64,000 nt of DNA from Actinomycetota bacterium (lineage in GTDB: Bacteria; Actinomycetota; UBA4738; HRBIN12), in contig DASSCU010000043.1 in the NCBI GenBank assembly GCA_035697485.1, positions 11,548-75,547 of the forward strand, written 5' to 3'. The position numbers were made by a program, and so were the translations under genes. Positions 40,053-49,700 of the stretch are shown piece by piece (position 1 is the stretch's first letter; each line of letters opens with the position of its first letter). A model generated the notes under the pieces. That model ran no database searches. It saw only the letters and a list, made by a program, of their open reading frames with translations, and was not told the origin of the DNA.

Positions 40053-40811
40053 ATGTTCCGCTTCCTGCTGCGTCCGCGCTGGATCGGACTGACGCTGTTC
40101 GCGGTCGTCGTCGTCGGGGTGTGCGTGCGGCTCGGGCTCTGGCAGCTCGACCGTCTCGAGGGGCGGCGCGATTTCAACGACCGGTACGCTTCCGGGCTCG
40201 CGAGGGCTCCGCGCCCGCTCGAGGACCTGCTCCGCGACGGAGGCGCGCTCGCCTATCGACGGGCGATCGCGATCGGTCGTTACGACACTGAGCACGAGGT
40301 GATCCTCTACGGTCGTTCCCTCGACGGCCAGGCAGGCAACCATGTGCTGACTCCGCTCGTGCTCGCCGACGGCCGAGCCGTCGTCGTCGATCGTGGATGG
40401 GTGCCGTTCGAGATGGACGAACCGCCCGTCGCCGGCGCCGCTCCGCCCGGCGAGACGGATGTCGAGGTCGAAGGGACGCTGTTCGCTCCGCAGCCCGGCG
40501 GAGCAGGAGAGATCCAGGCCGGCATGGATCGGGTGACCACGATGCGGTCGGTCGACGTCGACGCGATCGCCCGCGACGTGTCGTACGACCTGGTGCCCTG
40601 GTTCCTGCAGTTGCGATCGCAGACCCCGGGCGGCGGTGATCTCCCCGTGCCTGCGCCGCTCCCGGAGCTCGACGACGGTCCGCACCTGAGCTACGCGTTC
40701 CAGTGGTTCGCGTTCGCGACGATCGCGGCCGTCGGCTACGTGATCCTGGTGCGGCACGAGGTTGCAGACCGAAGCGCCACAGCCTCAGGGTCCGGCGTCG
40801 GGCCCGGCTGA
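40053..40811 (+). CDS. SURF1-family cytochrome oxidase assembly protein
   Basis: N- and C-terminal TM helices with the SURF1 signature (...GLWQLDR...LSYAFQWFAFA...). Confidence 0.75.
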   Translation: MFRFLLRPRWIGLTLFAVVVVGVCVRLGLWQLDRLEGRRDFNDRYASGLARAPRPLEDLLRDGGALAYRRAIAIGRYDTEHEVILYGRSLDGQAGNHVLTPLVLADGRAVVVDRGWVPFEMDEPPVAGAAPPGETDVEVEGTLFAPQPGGAGEIQAGMDRVTTMRSVDVDAIARDVSYDLVPWFLQLRSQTPGGGDLPVPAPLPELDDGPHLSYAFQWFAFATIAAVGYVILVRHEVADRSATASGSGVGPG

Positions 40812-41282
40812 GCGACCGCCGAGCTCGCGATCCAGGATCAAGAGTGCCGGACCGCTCTCACCCGCGAGCCTCAGCGACTCGACGATCTGGGAGACCGTGG
40901 CCTCTTCTTCCACCTGCTCGGTCGCGAACCAATCGAGGAAGGCGGCCGTGGCTCGATCTGCACCGTCGTAGAGTCCGTCGATCGATGCCGTGATCATGCG
41001 CTCGTGCGCGAGCGACGCCTCGAACACCTCCAGGGGCGATCCGGATCCGACGGGCGGGGCCTCGAGGGACCCGAGCGTCACCGCCCCGCCACGGTCGAGG
41101 ATGAAGTCGAAGAACCTCATCGCGTGCTCCTGCTCCTCGGCAGCCTGGGCGCGCATCCACGTCGAGAAGCCGGGGAAGCCGCCAGCCTCGAAGTGCGCGG
41201 CCATCTGCAGGTACAGGTAGGACGACGCGAACTCCCTCCGCATCTGCTCGTTCAGCCGGGTTTCGAGATCGGGTGTCAGCAC
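40785..41282 (-). CDS. ftn: Non-haem bacterial ferritin
   Basis: VLTPDLETRLNEQMRREFASSYLYLQMAAHF...EEQEHAMRFFD aligns along its length with E. coli FtnA ([21 protein letters not shown]...). GTG start. Confidence 0.85.
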   Translation of the reverse strand: MLTPDLETRLNEQMRREFASSYLYLQMAAHFEAGGFPGFSTWMRAQAAEEQEHAMRFFDFILDRGGAVTLGSLEAPPVGSGSPLEVFEASLAHERMITASIDGLYDGADRATAAFLDWFATEQVEEEATVSQIVESLRLAGESGPALLILDRELGGRSAGPDAGP

Positions 41283-41378
41283 CGCGACATGCTACCCAGC
41301 GGGGTGTCAACGCGCGTCGAGCTTTCGGCCTTTGCCCCCGCCGTTCGACCGCGCGTTCGCTCCGCGAGCGGCCTGCCG

Positions 41379-41765
41379 CTACGCCATCTGGTTCCGCATG
41401 CTCTCCGCGGCCATCGCGAAGTAGTCGTCGAGCGCCTGCGCGACGTCTGTGGGTGGATCGAGCGCATCGACCGCCTCCCGCATGTGCGCGAGCCACCGAT
41501 CACGCTCCTCGCCCCCGATCGAGAAGGGCGCGTGCCGCATGCGAAGCCGTGGGTGCCCTCGCTCGTCGCTGTAGTCAGTCGGGCCGCCCCAATACTGCGC
41601 CAGGAAGAGCGTCAGCCGGCGACGGGCCGGGGCGAGGTCGTCGGGCTCGGGATACAGACGCAGCAGCACCGGGTCGCCGGCGACACCCTCGTAGAAGCGA
41701 TCGACCAGGGCCTCGAAGAACGGCATGCCGCCGACGGTCTCGTACAGGGTCTGCTGTTCGCTCAC
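41379..41765 (-). CDS. Truncated haemoglobin (group I, GlbN-like)
   Basis: 128 aa with ...LYETVGG...FYEGVAGDP.L...Y... 2-on-2 globin motifs. Confidence 0.75.
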   Translation of the reverse strand: MSEQQTLYETVGGMPFFEALVDRFYEGVAGDPVLLRLYPEPDDLAPARRRLTLFLAQYWGGPTDYSDERGHPRLRMRHAPFSIGGEERDRWLAHMREAVDALDPPTDVAQALDDYFAMAAESMRNQMA

Positions 41766-41793
41766 GACGACGAGTCTACGGACCGCGAACCGC

Positions 41794-42288
41794 TCACCAG
41801 AGGAACGGCCAGAATCGCCGTCGGACGCGGGAACGGTACGACCCGTACTCCGCGTAGTGCTCGACGAGCCACGCCTCCTCGCGGCGGCGCTTCCCCTCGA
41901 ACAGCAAGACGAGCAGCGCCGTCGGGATCAACGCAAGGGGCGAAGAGAGCAACGAGACGCCGAGCACCAGCAGCAACACCCCTCCGTAGATCGGATGGCG
42001 CACGAACGCGTACACGCCGACCTCGCGGAACGCCGCGTCGTCACGAGGACGCGGCAGCGGGGTGAGGGCCGATCCGAGCGCACGGGATCCGGCCAGCGAC
42101 AGGGCCGCCCCGGCCAGGACGCCGGCAAGACCGGCCACCGTGGTCAACGTCCGGATCTCACTCGGCCACGGCGGACCCCGCCAGCCAGCACCGAGGACGG
42201 CCACGAACAACGCCAGCTGGAGCGCGACCCAACCCTCACCTCTCGATCCGAGATCTGGGAGCCGAGATCCGTCGCCTCGTCGGGACAT
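41794..42288 (-). CDS. Membrane methyltransferase of the ICMT/PEMT (isoprenylcysteine carboxyl / phospholipid methyltransferase) family
   Basis: 4 TM helices and VRHPIYGG...EE..L...YG.Y..Y. Confidence 0.65.
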   Translation of the reverse strand: MSRRGDGSRLPDLGSRGEGWVALQLALFVAVLGAGWRGPPWPSEIRTLTTVAGLAGVLAGAALSLAGSRALGSALTPLPRPRDDAAFREVGVYAFVRHPIYGGVLLLVLGVSLLSSPLALIPTALLVLLFEGKRRREEAWLVEHYAEYGSYRSRVRRRFWPFLW

Positions 42289-42299
42289 CCCCGATCCAG

Positions 42300-42971
42300 C
42301 TAGGGAGACGGTGAAGGGTCTGCCGTCGGGTCGGGCGATGGAGAGTCGCTGGGATCGGGCGGTGGAGGGTCGGTCGTCGGGTCCGGATCGGGCGGTGGAG
42401 GGTCGGGGGAAGGGTCGGGTGTCGGCGACGGATCACCGCCGCCGGTGCCTCCGCCGCCGCCGGTGCCTCCTCCGCCGCCGAGGCCTCCTCCGCCGCCGGT
42501 GCCTCCTCCGCCGCCGGTGCCTCCGGCGGTGCCTCCTCCGCCGGTTCCACCGCCCGCGGTCCCACCCATGCCTCCGCCGCCTGCAGAGGGAGATGGCGCG
42601 ATCTCGCCGTCGGTGCCGATGGAAGCGACCTCACGCACGCGCGCGGGGCGACCGGACGGCACCGAATACTCGAGGCTGGCGCTCGGGGGCTGCATCCCGG
42701 GCTCCTCGGCCGGAACGATCACGTCGCCCTCATCGGTGAGGTCGACGCCTGCGGCGGAGTTCGCCGCTTCGCGGGCCGTCGGCCACACCGCGATCCCGGC
42801 GATCGCCACGACGAAGACCGCCGCGACCGAGACGCCGACTCTGAGGGTGTGCTGGAGCGCATGACGCTTCCACGTCGCACGGGCGATCGCGTACACGATC
42901 AGGCCGCCCACGGCGACGAGCAACGCGAAGGTGACCGCGTCGGCGAGGATATTGAGGTCTGTCGTCGACAT
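42300..42971 (-). CDS. Membrane-anchored Gly-rich / Pro-Asp-rich low-complexity protein
   Basis: Two N-terminal TM helices, then (TGGGGG)n and PSPTPDPSPDPPPPDPDP low-complexity tails. Reality of the full ORF is uncertain. Confidence 0.45.
   Translation of the reverse strand: MSTTDLNILADAVTFALLVAVGGLIVYAIARATWKRHALQHTLRVGVSVAAVFVVAIAGIAVWPTAREAANSAAGVDLTDEGDVIVPAEEPGMQPPSASLEYSVPSGRPARVREVASIGTDGEIAPSPSAGGGGMGGTAGGGTGGGGTAGGTGGGGGTGGGGGLGGGGGTGGGGGTGGGDPSPTPDPSPDPPPPDPDPTTDPPPPDPSDSPSPDPTADPSPSP
42440..42600. repeat. Imperfect tandem repeats of a ~21-nt GGN-codon unit (gccggtgcctcctccgccgcc)
   Basis: Seen directly in the sequence; encodes the (TGGGGG)n tract. Confidence 0.5.
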
Positions 42972-43424
42972 GTCTGCCTCATGCCGGCTGCGGGGGGAAG
43001 CCGCCCTGGGTCGGGTCGGCTGATGACGGCCGCAGACCTGACCTTGTTCTACCCCCTGGGGACCGAGACGACAACGTCATTCCCCAATAATCTCAGGCGA
43101 AAAAGCGCTTATCTGGGTATCATCGGTCCCCCGTCCGTCGAGCCCGACGGCGGTCCGGCAGCGAAGGGAACCGTCCAGCGGATCTGGTCGGCCGCGTGTG
43201 CGCGACACCCAGTTCCTGAGCATCGGGGCTCACGTCGCATTCGAGGGACGCGTCAGCACCGTGCGGTCCTCCGAGGACAACGCGCTGATGCGATCGATGC
43301 CAACATCCCGGAGCGGGACGGACATTGGCGGTCGACGGAGGCGGTTCGCTCCATCCCGCGCTGATGGGTGACGTGATCGCCTCGCTGCCCGTCGAGAACG
43401 GGTGGGAAGGGATCGTCATCCACA

Positions 43425-44338
43425 TCACGGCACGGCGGCGAACTCGGTGACATCGAGGATCCATCCTCCCGCCGCCGCGTTCGTGACCACCTGCTCGGCG
43501 GAGGTCGCGCCTGCGATCACCGAGGCGACCGGGCGGTGGGCCAGGATCCAGCCGAACGCGAGCTCGAGCAGGGTGTGGTCGCGATCCGTCGCGAACGCCT
43601 CGAGTGCCTCGATCCGATCGAACCGTTCGTGGGTCATCGCCTCCGCCCGCTCCTGGTCGTCGAACCACGTGTCGAGCCTCGAACCCACAGCCACACGCGT
43701 TCCGCGCCGGTACTTGCCCGTCAGCAACCCGTTCGCCAGCGGGTAGTACGGGAGGTACGCGATGCCGAGGCGTCCGGCTTCGTCGAGCCCGTCGTCGATA
43801 TCGGCTCGGTCGAGCAGGTTCAGCTCGTTCTGCACGCACGCGAACCGCGCACCCGCGCCCGCCGCCCGGTCGGCCGCTCGGAGCTGCGCCGCCGAGAAGT
43901 TCGAACAACCGATCTCGCGCACCTTGCCTTCGCGCACGAGCGCGTCGAGCTCACCCAGGGTCTCCCCGATCGGTGTCTCGTCGCGTGGCTCGTGAAGCTG
44001 GTAGAGATCGATGCGATCGGTACCGAGACGTCGCAGACTCGCCTCGAGTGAGGCGCGGACGTAGGCGGGTGATGCCCCCCGGCGAGACCGGGCCTCCCGG
44101 GCTTGCCGAACTTCGATGCGAGGACGACTCGGTCGCGACGGCCCCGCAGCGCCCGACCGAGGAACGCTTCACTCTCCGTGTCGCCGTAGATGTCGGCCGA
44201 GTCGAACAACGTGATCCCCACGTCGATCGCCGCATCGACGACCTCGCGGGTCCGGGCCTCGTCGATGCTCCAGCCGAAGTTGTTGCACCCGAGCCCCACG
44301 ACAGAGACCTCGAGCGACCCGATCGAGCGTGTCCGCAC
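43425..44338 (-). pseudogene. Aldo/keto reductase disrupted by a frameshift in a G6 homopolymer (or a sequencing error)
   Basis: The N-terminal 85 aa (MRTRSIGSLEVSVVGLGCNNFGW...VVLASKFG) sit in one frame and the C-terminal 255 aa (...GASPAYVRASLEASLRRLGTDRIDLYQLHEPRDETPIGETL...KVREIGCSNF...) in another. The switch occurs at the ccggggggcat run (plus-strand C6 at 44075-44080). Confidence 0.6.
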
Positions 44339-44386
44339 GACGCGGAGGTTACCCCGACCGCATCGAACGCACGCAGAGGGCTCGCA

Positions 44387-45220
44387 TCACGCGTGGCATC
44401 TCGAAAGACCGGCGTCGAGCCGATCCCCGGAATCGGCATCGATGAAGCGCCATCGGTAGGCTCCCGGGCGCAACGCGAGATCCAGCACCCCCCAGTTGTC
44501 GTTGCCGGTGATCCGCTTCTGCGAGCCGGACTTCCTCGAGCTGAACGACCGTGTCTCGACCCCGCCCATCCCGACCACGAACTCTCGGATGCCGTCGGCC
44601 GCGACCCTCCCGGACGGTCGCTTCCTCGCGAATCGTTCGTAGTCGTGGTCGTGCCCGTTCAGGATCACGTCGACACCGTTCGCATAAGCGGTGCGCCACC
44701 AGGCGGCGACGCCCTGCTGATTCCCGTTCTGGCCCGAGCTCCACCGCGGGTGGTGGAAGAAGAGGAGCTCGCACCGGCGGTCGTCGCTCGAGAGCACGGT
44801 GGCGAGGCGGGTCCGCTGGCGCGCGATGCGGACGTTGGAATCCAGGGAGACGACGAGCCAGCTCCCGAGCACGAACGACCGGACCCTCCCTGCCTGCACG
44901 TGGAAGTAGGACTCGTATCCGGCAGCGCCCCGCGTCATCCAGTCGTGGTTGCCCGGGCTCGGCCTGGTGATGCTCCGGAACCGTCCCCACGTGGGCTCGT
45001 AGTATCGGTTGAATTGGCTCCCCGTTCCGTCGGGGTAGGCGTGATCGCCGACCGTGAGCACGAAGTCGGGGTCGAGGGCGATCACTCGATCGGCGGTCTG
45101 GGTGTCGCCGGAACCGCTCGACCCGATGTCCCCGGCGACGACCACGTGCACGGCCTCGGCGGGCGTGACCGTGGCCAGGGTGAACGTCACCGACAGCGCG
45201 AACGTCACGATCCTCGCCAT
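44387..45220 (-). CDS. Secreted calcineurin-like metallophosphoesterase
   Basis: Start ATG 45220 with SD GGAGG. Signal peptide MARIVTFALSVTFTLATVTPAEA. Motifs GDIG, GDHAY, GNHD and GHDHDYER. Confidence 0.75.
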   Translation of the reverse strand: MARIVTFALSVTFTLATVTPAEAVHVVVAGDIGSSGSGDTQTADRVIALDPDFVLTVGDHAYPDGTGSQFNRYYEPTWGRFRSITRPSPGNHDWMTRGAAGYESYFHVQAGRVRSFVLGSWLVVSLDSNVRIARQRTRLATVLSSDDRRCELLFFHHPRWSSGQNGNQQGVAAWWRTAYANGVDVILNGHDHDYERFARKRPSGRVAADGIREFVVGMGGVETRSFSSRKSGSQKRITGNDNWGVLDLALRPGAYRWRFIDADSGDRLDAGLSRCHA

Positions 45221-45298
45221 GCGCACCTCCTCACCGCCATGCCGTTGACAGGGTCCTGCTCCAAGGATAGGAGGAGGCTCCATCGAGAGGAGGGCCAG

Positions 45299-45706
45299 AT
45301 GCACCGGAACCTCGCATCGTTGTTGGTACTCGCGAGCCTCGTGATCGGCGCCTTCGCGTTCTCGGCGGTCGCCGACGTGCGCGGAGGCGGCCAGTCGCTC
45401 GCACAACGGGTGACCGCGCTCGAGGCGAGCGCGGAGCGTCAGCGCCGGGCGATCGACGGCCTGCGTGAAGAGAACCGCCAGCAGGATCGAACGATCCAGC
45501 GACTCCTCCGCTTCCGCACCTCGGCCAACGAGCGCATCGCGGTGCTCGAGCGGCGCACCTCGAGGCTCAGCGGGCGAGGCGTGTACTCCGGTCCGGTCGA
45601 CAACGGACAGGTCCGGCTCGGGGCCGACCCGGCCGACTGCGCCGGTGCGGTCGCGGAGTGGAACGCGGCCGGCACGTCGCTCGGCTGCGTCCCGCCCCCT
45701 GCGTAG
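45299..45706 (+). CDS. Hypothetical secreted coiled-coil protein
   Basis: SD GAGGAGGG. MHRNLASLLVLASLVIGAFAFSAVA signal peptide, then a heptad-like region (QRVTALEASAERQRRAIDGLREENRQQDRTIQRLL). Confidence 0.45.
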   Translation: MHRNLASLLVLASLVIGAFAFSAVADVRGGGQSLAQRVTALEASAERQRRAIDGLREENRQQDRTIQRLLRFRTSANERIAVLERRTSRLSGRGVYSGPVDNGQVRLGADPADCAGAVAEWNAAGTSLGCVPPPA

Positions 45707-45796
45707 ACACTACGGCCCCGGACGCGAGGCGGGGGCGGACGTCGCGAACGCTCGCGACGTCCGCCCCCGGGCGGCCTTCCCTCGCAGGTACCGAAC

Positions 45797-46321
45797 TCAG
45801 CCCTGGTTGAGCGCGTCCTCCGGAGTCATCGGGTCGCCGGTCTCCAGCAGCGACTTGAGATCGCTGAGCACCCATGCCCAACCGCCGCCGGCGCCCACCT
45901 CTTCCAGGCCGCCGGACAGCAGGGTCGCGAGACCGGGCGCGCCGTCGAGCTCGTGGGTCAGCGTCAGCTTCGTCACGCCACCCTTCCCCTCGGCGATGTC
46001 GTAGGTGAGCCTCGTGAACCCCTCGGCTTCCATCTGGGGGTCCATCACCATGCGCCAGGTCTGCACGAGCCGGTTCGGCGGGTCGGCCTCGATCACCTCG
46101 CCGTCGATCGCGACGTCGGGGGCTCCGGTCTGCCGCATCGCCTCGCTCGTATAGGCGATGTACTTCCCGCCTGGGCGCAGGTCGTAGTCGACCGTACCGC
46201 CGTAGCCGTATCGGGCCGTCCAGGCCGGGTCGGTGATCGCCTGCCAGATGCGCTCGGGTGAGGCCTTGATGTACACGCGGTACACCTGGGTGGTGACCGC
46301 CGTCTCGGTGCTTGTCGTCAT
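45797..46321 (-). CDS. SRPBCC-superfamily protein (AHSA1 / activator-of-Hsp90-ATPase-like)
   Basis: 174 aa from ATG 46321. Typical AHSA1-like sequence (...YRVYIKASPERIWQAITDP...). Start overlaps the ArsR stop (ATGA). Confidence 0.75.
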   Translation of the reverse strand: MTTSTETAVTTQVYRVYIKASPERIWQAITDPAWTARYGYGGTVDYDLRPGGKYIAYTSEAMRQTGAPDVAIDGEVIEADPPNRLVQTWRMVMDPQMEAEGFTRLTYDIAEGKGGVTKLTLTHELDGAPGLATLLSGGLEEVGAGGGWAWVLSDLKSLLETGDPMTPEDALNQG

Positions 46322-46656
46322 GCCGTTCCCTCCCCTTCCAGCTCGTGCTTGAGCTCCGCGAGCGCCGACACCCGGCGCTCCGTGTACTTGTCGATCCACC
46401 GGTCGTGGATCAGCCGGACCGGCACCGGGTTGAGGAAGTGCAGCTTCTCCCGGCCCTGCCGGTGCGTGACGACGAGGCCGGCATCCTCGAGCACCCGCAG
46501 ATGCTTCATGACCCCGAAGCGCGACATCTCGAGCTCGGACTCGAGCTGCGTCAGCGTGCGGCCGTCACGCTCGAACAGCAGGTCGAGCAGGAAGCGTCGC
46601 GTCGGGTCTGCGAGCGCCTTGAACACACGGTCGTCGTCGTTCACGGGTCGCAGCAT
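46318..46656 (-). CDS. ArsR/SmtB-family transcriptional regulator
   Basis: FKALADPTRRFLLDLLFERDGRTLTQLESELEMSRFGVMKHLRVLEDAGLV (winged HTH). Start taken at ATG 46656, 3 nt from the palindrome. Confidence 0.8.
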   Translation of the reverse strand: MLRPVNDDDRVFKALADPTRRFLLDLLFERDGRTLTQLESELEMSRFGVMKHLRVLEDAGLVVTHRQGREKLHFLNPVPVRLIHDRWIDKYTERRVSALAELKHELEGEGTA

Positions 46657-46658
46657 AG

Positions 46659-46674
46659 GTGACCATATGGTCAC
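46659..46674. promoter_or_regulatory. Perfect 16-bp palindrome GTGACCATATGGTCAC, candidate ArsR-family operator over a leaderless -10 (TATGGT)
   Basis: Seen directly. It lies 3 nt upstream of the ArsR ATG; a TANNNT hexamer lies 6 nt upstream of the ATG, consistent with a leaderless transcript. Confidence 0.4.
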
Positions 46675-46745
46675 ATGTCAAGCGGGAGCAGCCAGTCGCG
46701 TAATGTTCGCGGCATGCTCGAGTCACCGATCCGGCCGGCATCGCC

Positions 46746-49700
46746 GTGAGCATCTCGAGAGCACAGCGATCGCTCGCGCTGAGGCCAGGCGAGGGGGCCC
46801 CGGTCGCGCTCATCGTCGCGATCTCGTTCTTCGTCGCGGCCGGGCTGATGATCGGCCAGAGCGGCATCGAGGCATTGTTCTTCGATCGGTACGGGGTCGA
46901 TCGTCTGCCCGTGATGTACCTCGTCTTGGGAGGGACGATGTTCCTCGCGACCCTCGGGTTCGGATGGCTCGTCGTCCGCCTCGGGCGGGGCGGGGCCTGC
47001 ATCGTGATCCCGATCTCGGTCGCGGCGTTCGCGCTCGCGGGAAGGGCGGCGATCGCGGCCGATGTCGCATGGATCACGCAGGCGCTGTGGCTCCTGCAAG
47101 GGGTGGGCTACTTCGTTCTCGGGCTGACGGTTTGGGGGTTGGCAGGCATCGTCACCGACACCCGTCAGGCCAAACGCTTCTTCCCGTTGATCGGCGCCGG
47201 AAGCGTGCTCGGATACGTGATCGGCGGGCTCGTGACGAAGCCGCTCGCGACGTGGCTCGGCACTCCCAACCTGCTGCTCGTCTGGGTCGCGACCCTCGTC
47301 GGCGCCGTCGGGCTGAGCACCGTACTCCTCGCTCGGGCGAACCGGCAGGCCGTGGGCACCGATCGCCGCCCCGACGCGACCGGGCAGCTGACCGTCGGCC
47401 TTCGGTACGTGGCTCGCTCCACCCTGATGCGATGGCTCGCCCTCGGGTCGATCCTGTTCTCCCTATTGTTCTTCTCTCTCTACCTGCCGTTCTCGCGCGC
47501 GGCGACCGACCGGTTCCCGAACCCCGATGACCTGGCCGGGTTCTTCGGTCTGTTCTTCGGCGTGTCGACAGGCGTCGCGTTCGTGCTGTCGCTGTTCGTG
47601 ACGAACCGAGCGTTGGCCCGGTTCGGGGTGCCGACGGTGCTGCTCGTGCTGCCGCTGCTCTACGTCGTGGCGTTCGGGGTGCTCGCGATCGAGGACGGCT
47701 TCGCCACCCTCATGGTCTTCAGGTTCGCGCAGGTCGCATGGCTCCAGGGCGGCGCTTCGAGCACCACCGAGGCCGTGATCAACACGGTGCCGCCCGATCG
47801 ACGTGATCAGACCAGGGCGTTCATCTACGGCGGGCCGACGCAGGTCGGCACGATCCTCGCCGGCGTGATCGCGCTCGTCGGCGAACGCGCCCTCGCTCCT
47901 CGCGTGCTCTACCTCATCGGTCTGACCGCGGCGGTGCTCGCGACGATCGCGATGATCGGCGTCCGCCGGGCTTACCCCAGGGAACTCGTGCAGGCGCTCC
48001 GTGAAGGCCGGCCCCGCGTGTTCGGTGCCGACCAGTACGGATCGGTCGCGCCCGAGCCTTTCGGACTGGCGCGGGCGGATGCCTCTGCCCTCGAGGTCGC
48101 CGTCGGGGGGCTCGGAGATCCCGACGCGCGCGTGCGCCGGGTCGCGGCGACCGTGCTCGGGGATCTGGACGCTCCGGTCGCTCGGGATGCCCTCGTCGGT
48201 GCGCTCGACGACGGCGACGACGCTGTGCGCGCGGACGCCCTCCGCTCGCTCGCCCGCTCCGGCGCGATCGAGGCCGTCCCCGACATCCTTCGACGGACGA
48301 CCGATCGGGCACCGGCGGTGCGGGTCGCGACGGCCCACGCCCTGCGCACGCTCGGCGTACCGCCGGAAGCCGCATCCCATGCAGCGGCGCCCCTCATGCA
48401 CGACCCCGACCCGTTCGTGCGAGTGAGCGCCGCCGCGGCGCTCGCCGCCCTCGACGACCATCGGGCCGCGACGATCACGCTGATCGAGCTCGCCGGGTCG
48501 GTCGATGACGACGTACGGATCGCCGCGTTCCGAGAGATGCGGGGGCTCGGGTCGAAGGTCACGCTCGATGTCGTGCTCGGCGGCATGCAGGACGACGCTC
48601 CGCTCGTGCGAGCCGAAGCCGCCCGTGTGTGCGCGGAGCTCGCCCGAATCAACACCGACGCCGAGGGCGCCCGCGCTCTCGACGCGTTGGTTTCGGCCGC
48701 GTGCGATCGACAGCGCGTGGTGCGGGAGGCCGCGCGCGACGGACTCGCCACGATCGGCGAGCCAGCGGTCGATCCGCTCATGCGCTCCTTGGACGCACGC
48801 AACCTGCGAGCGGGCGCGCTGGCCGCGCTCGAGCGGCTTCCCGTGGGGAACCGTGCCGACCAACTCCGCGCCTTCGCAGCCTCGACCGTGCAGGAGGCCG
48901 TGGAGCGGCACGGAGTGGGCACAGCGCTCGAGGACGACGGTGGCGAGGCCGTCCGCCTGCTCAAGGATTCGCTGCTCTTCCTGTCCGAGCGCGACGCGGT
49001 GCTCGGCCTTCGAGCCGCCGCGCTGATCGATGGCGGTGCGCAGATGCGCGTCGCGCTCGAGAACCTCTCGGCGACCGACCCAGGTCAGCGGGCCAACGCC
49101 CTCGAGGTGATCGAGAGCGTGGCAGAGCGTGACATCGTGCGACCCCTGCTGACGATCTGGGAGGGCACCCCGGCGCGCCTCGAACTCCAGACCGTGCAGC
49201 AACGACTGGAACACGACCCCGACGATTGGATCAGAGCGTGCGTCGCGCTGGCGGCACGCTCGCGAGGAGGAACGATGACCGAGACCCTGTCCACGCTCTC
49301 GACGATGGAACGTGTGCTCTTCCTGCGGAAGGTGCCGCTGTTCTCGGCGCTCCCGCCGCCCGACCTGGAGCCGATCGCCTCGGTCGCCCGGGAACAGGCC
49401 TTCGCGGACGGCGACACGATCGCCGAGCAAGGCGAGCCCGGTGAAGCGATGTTCATCATCGTGAGTGGCGACGTCGCGGTGACCTCGGGCCGCGGCGAGG
49501 AGCGGAGGGTGCTCGCCACTCGTTCGCAGGGCGACGTCGTGGGCGAGATGGCCGTGATCACGAGCGAGCCCCGCATCGCCGATCTCGTCTGCGATGGGCC
49601 CGTCCGCGTGCTGTCGATCGATCGGCCGCGCTTCGAGGCGATCCTGCGAGAACGGCCCGAGACCTCCCTCGGCGTGATCCGCGTGCTGTGTCAGCGATTG

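Noticed and set aside
42440-42600. Possible CRISPR-like periodicity
   Set aside because: The repeats are in-frame GGN codon units inside a CDS, with no spacers or cas genes, so this is not a CRISPR array.
43604-45298. 700-aa plus-strand ORF
   Set aside because: Only the last 135 aa (signal peptide plus coiled coil, good RBS) look real. The rest is antisense to the AKR and phosphoesterase genes.
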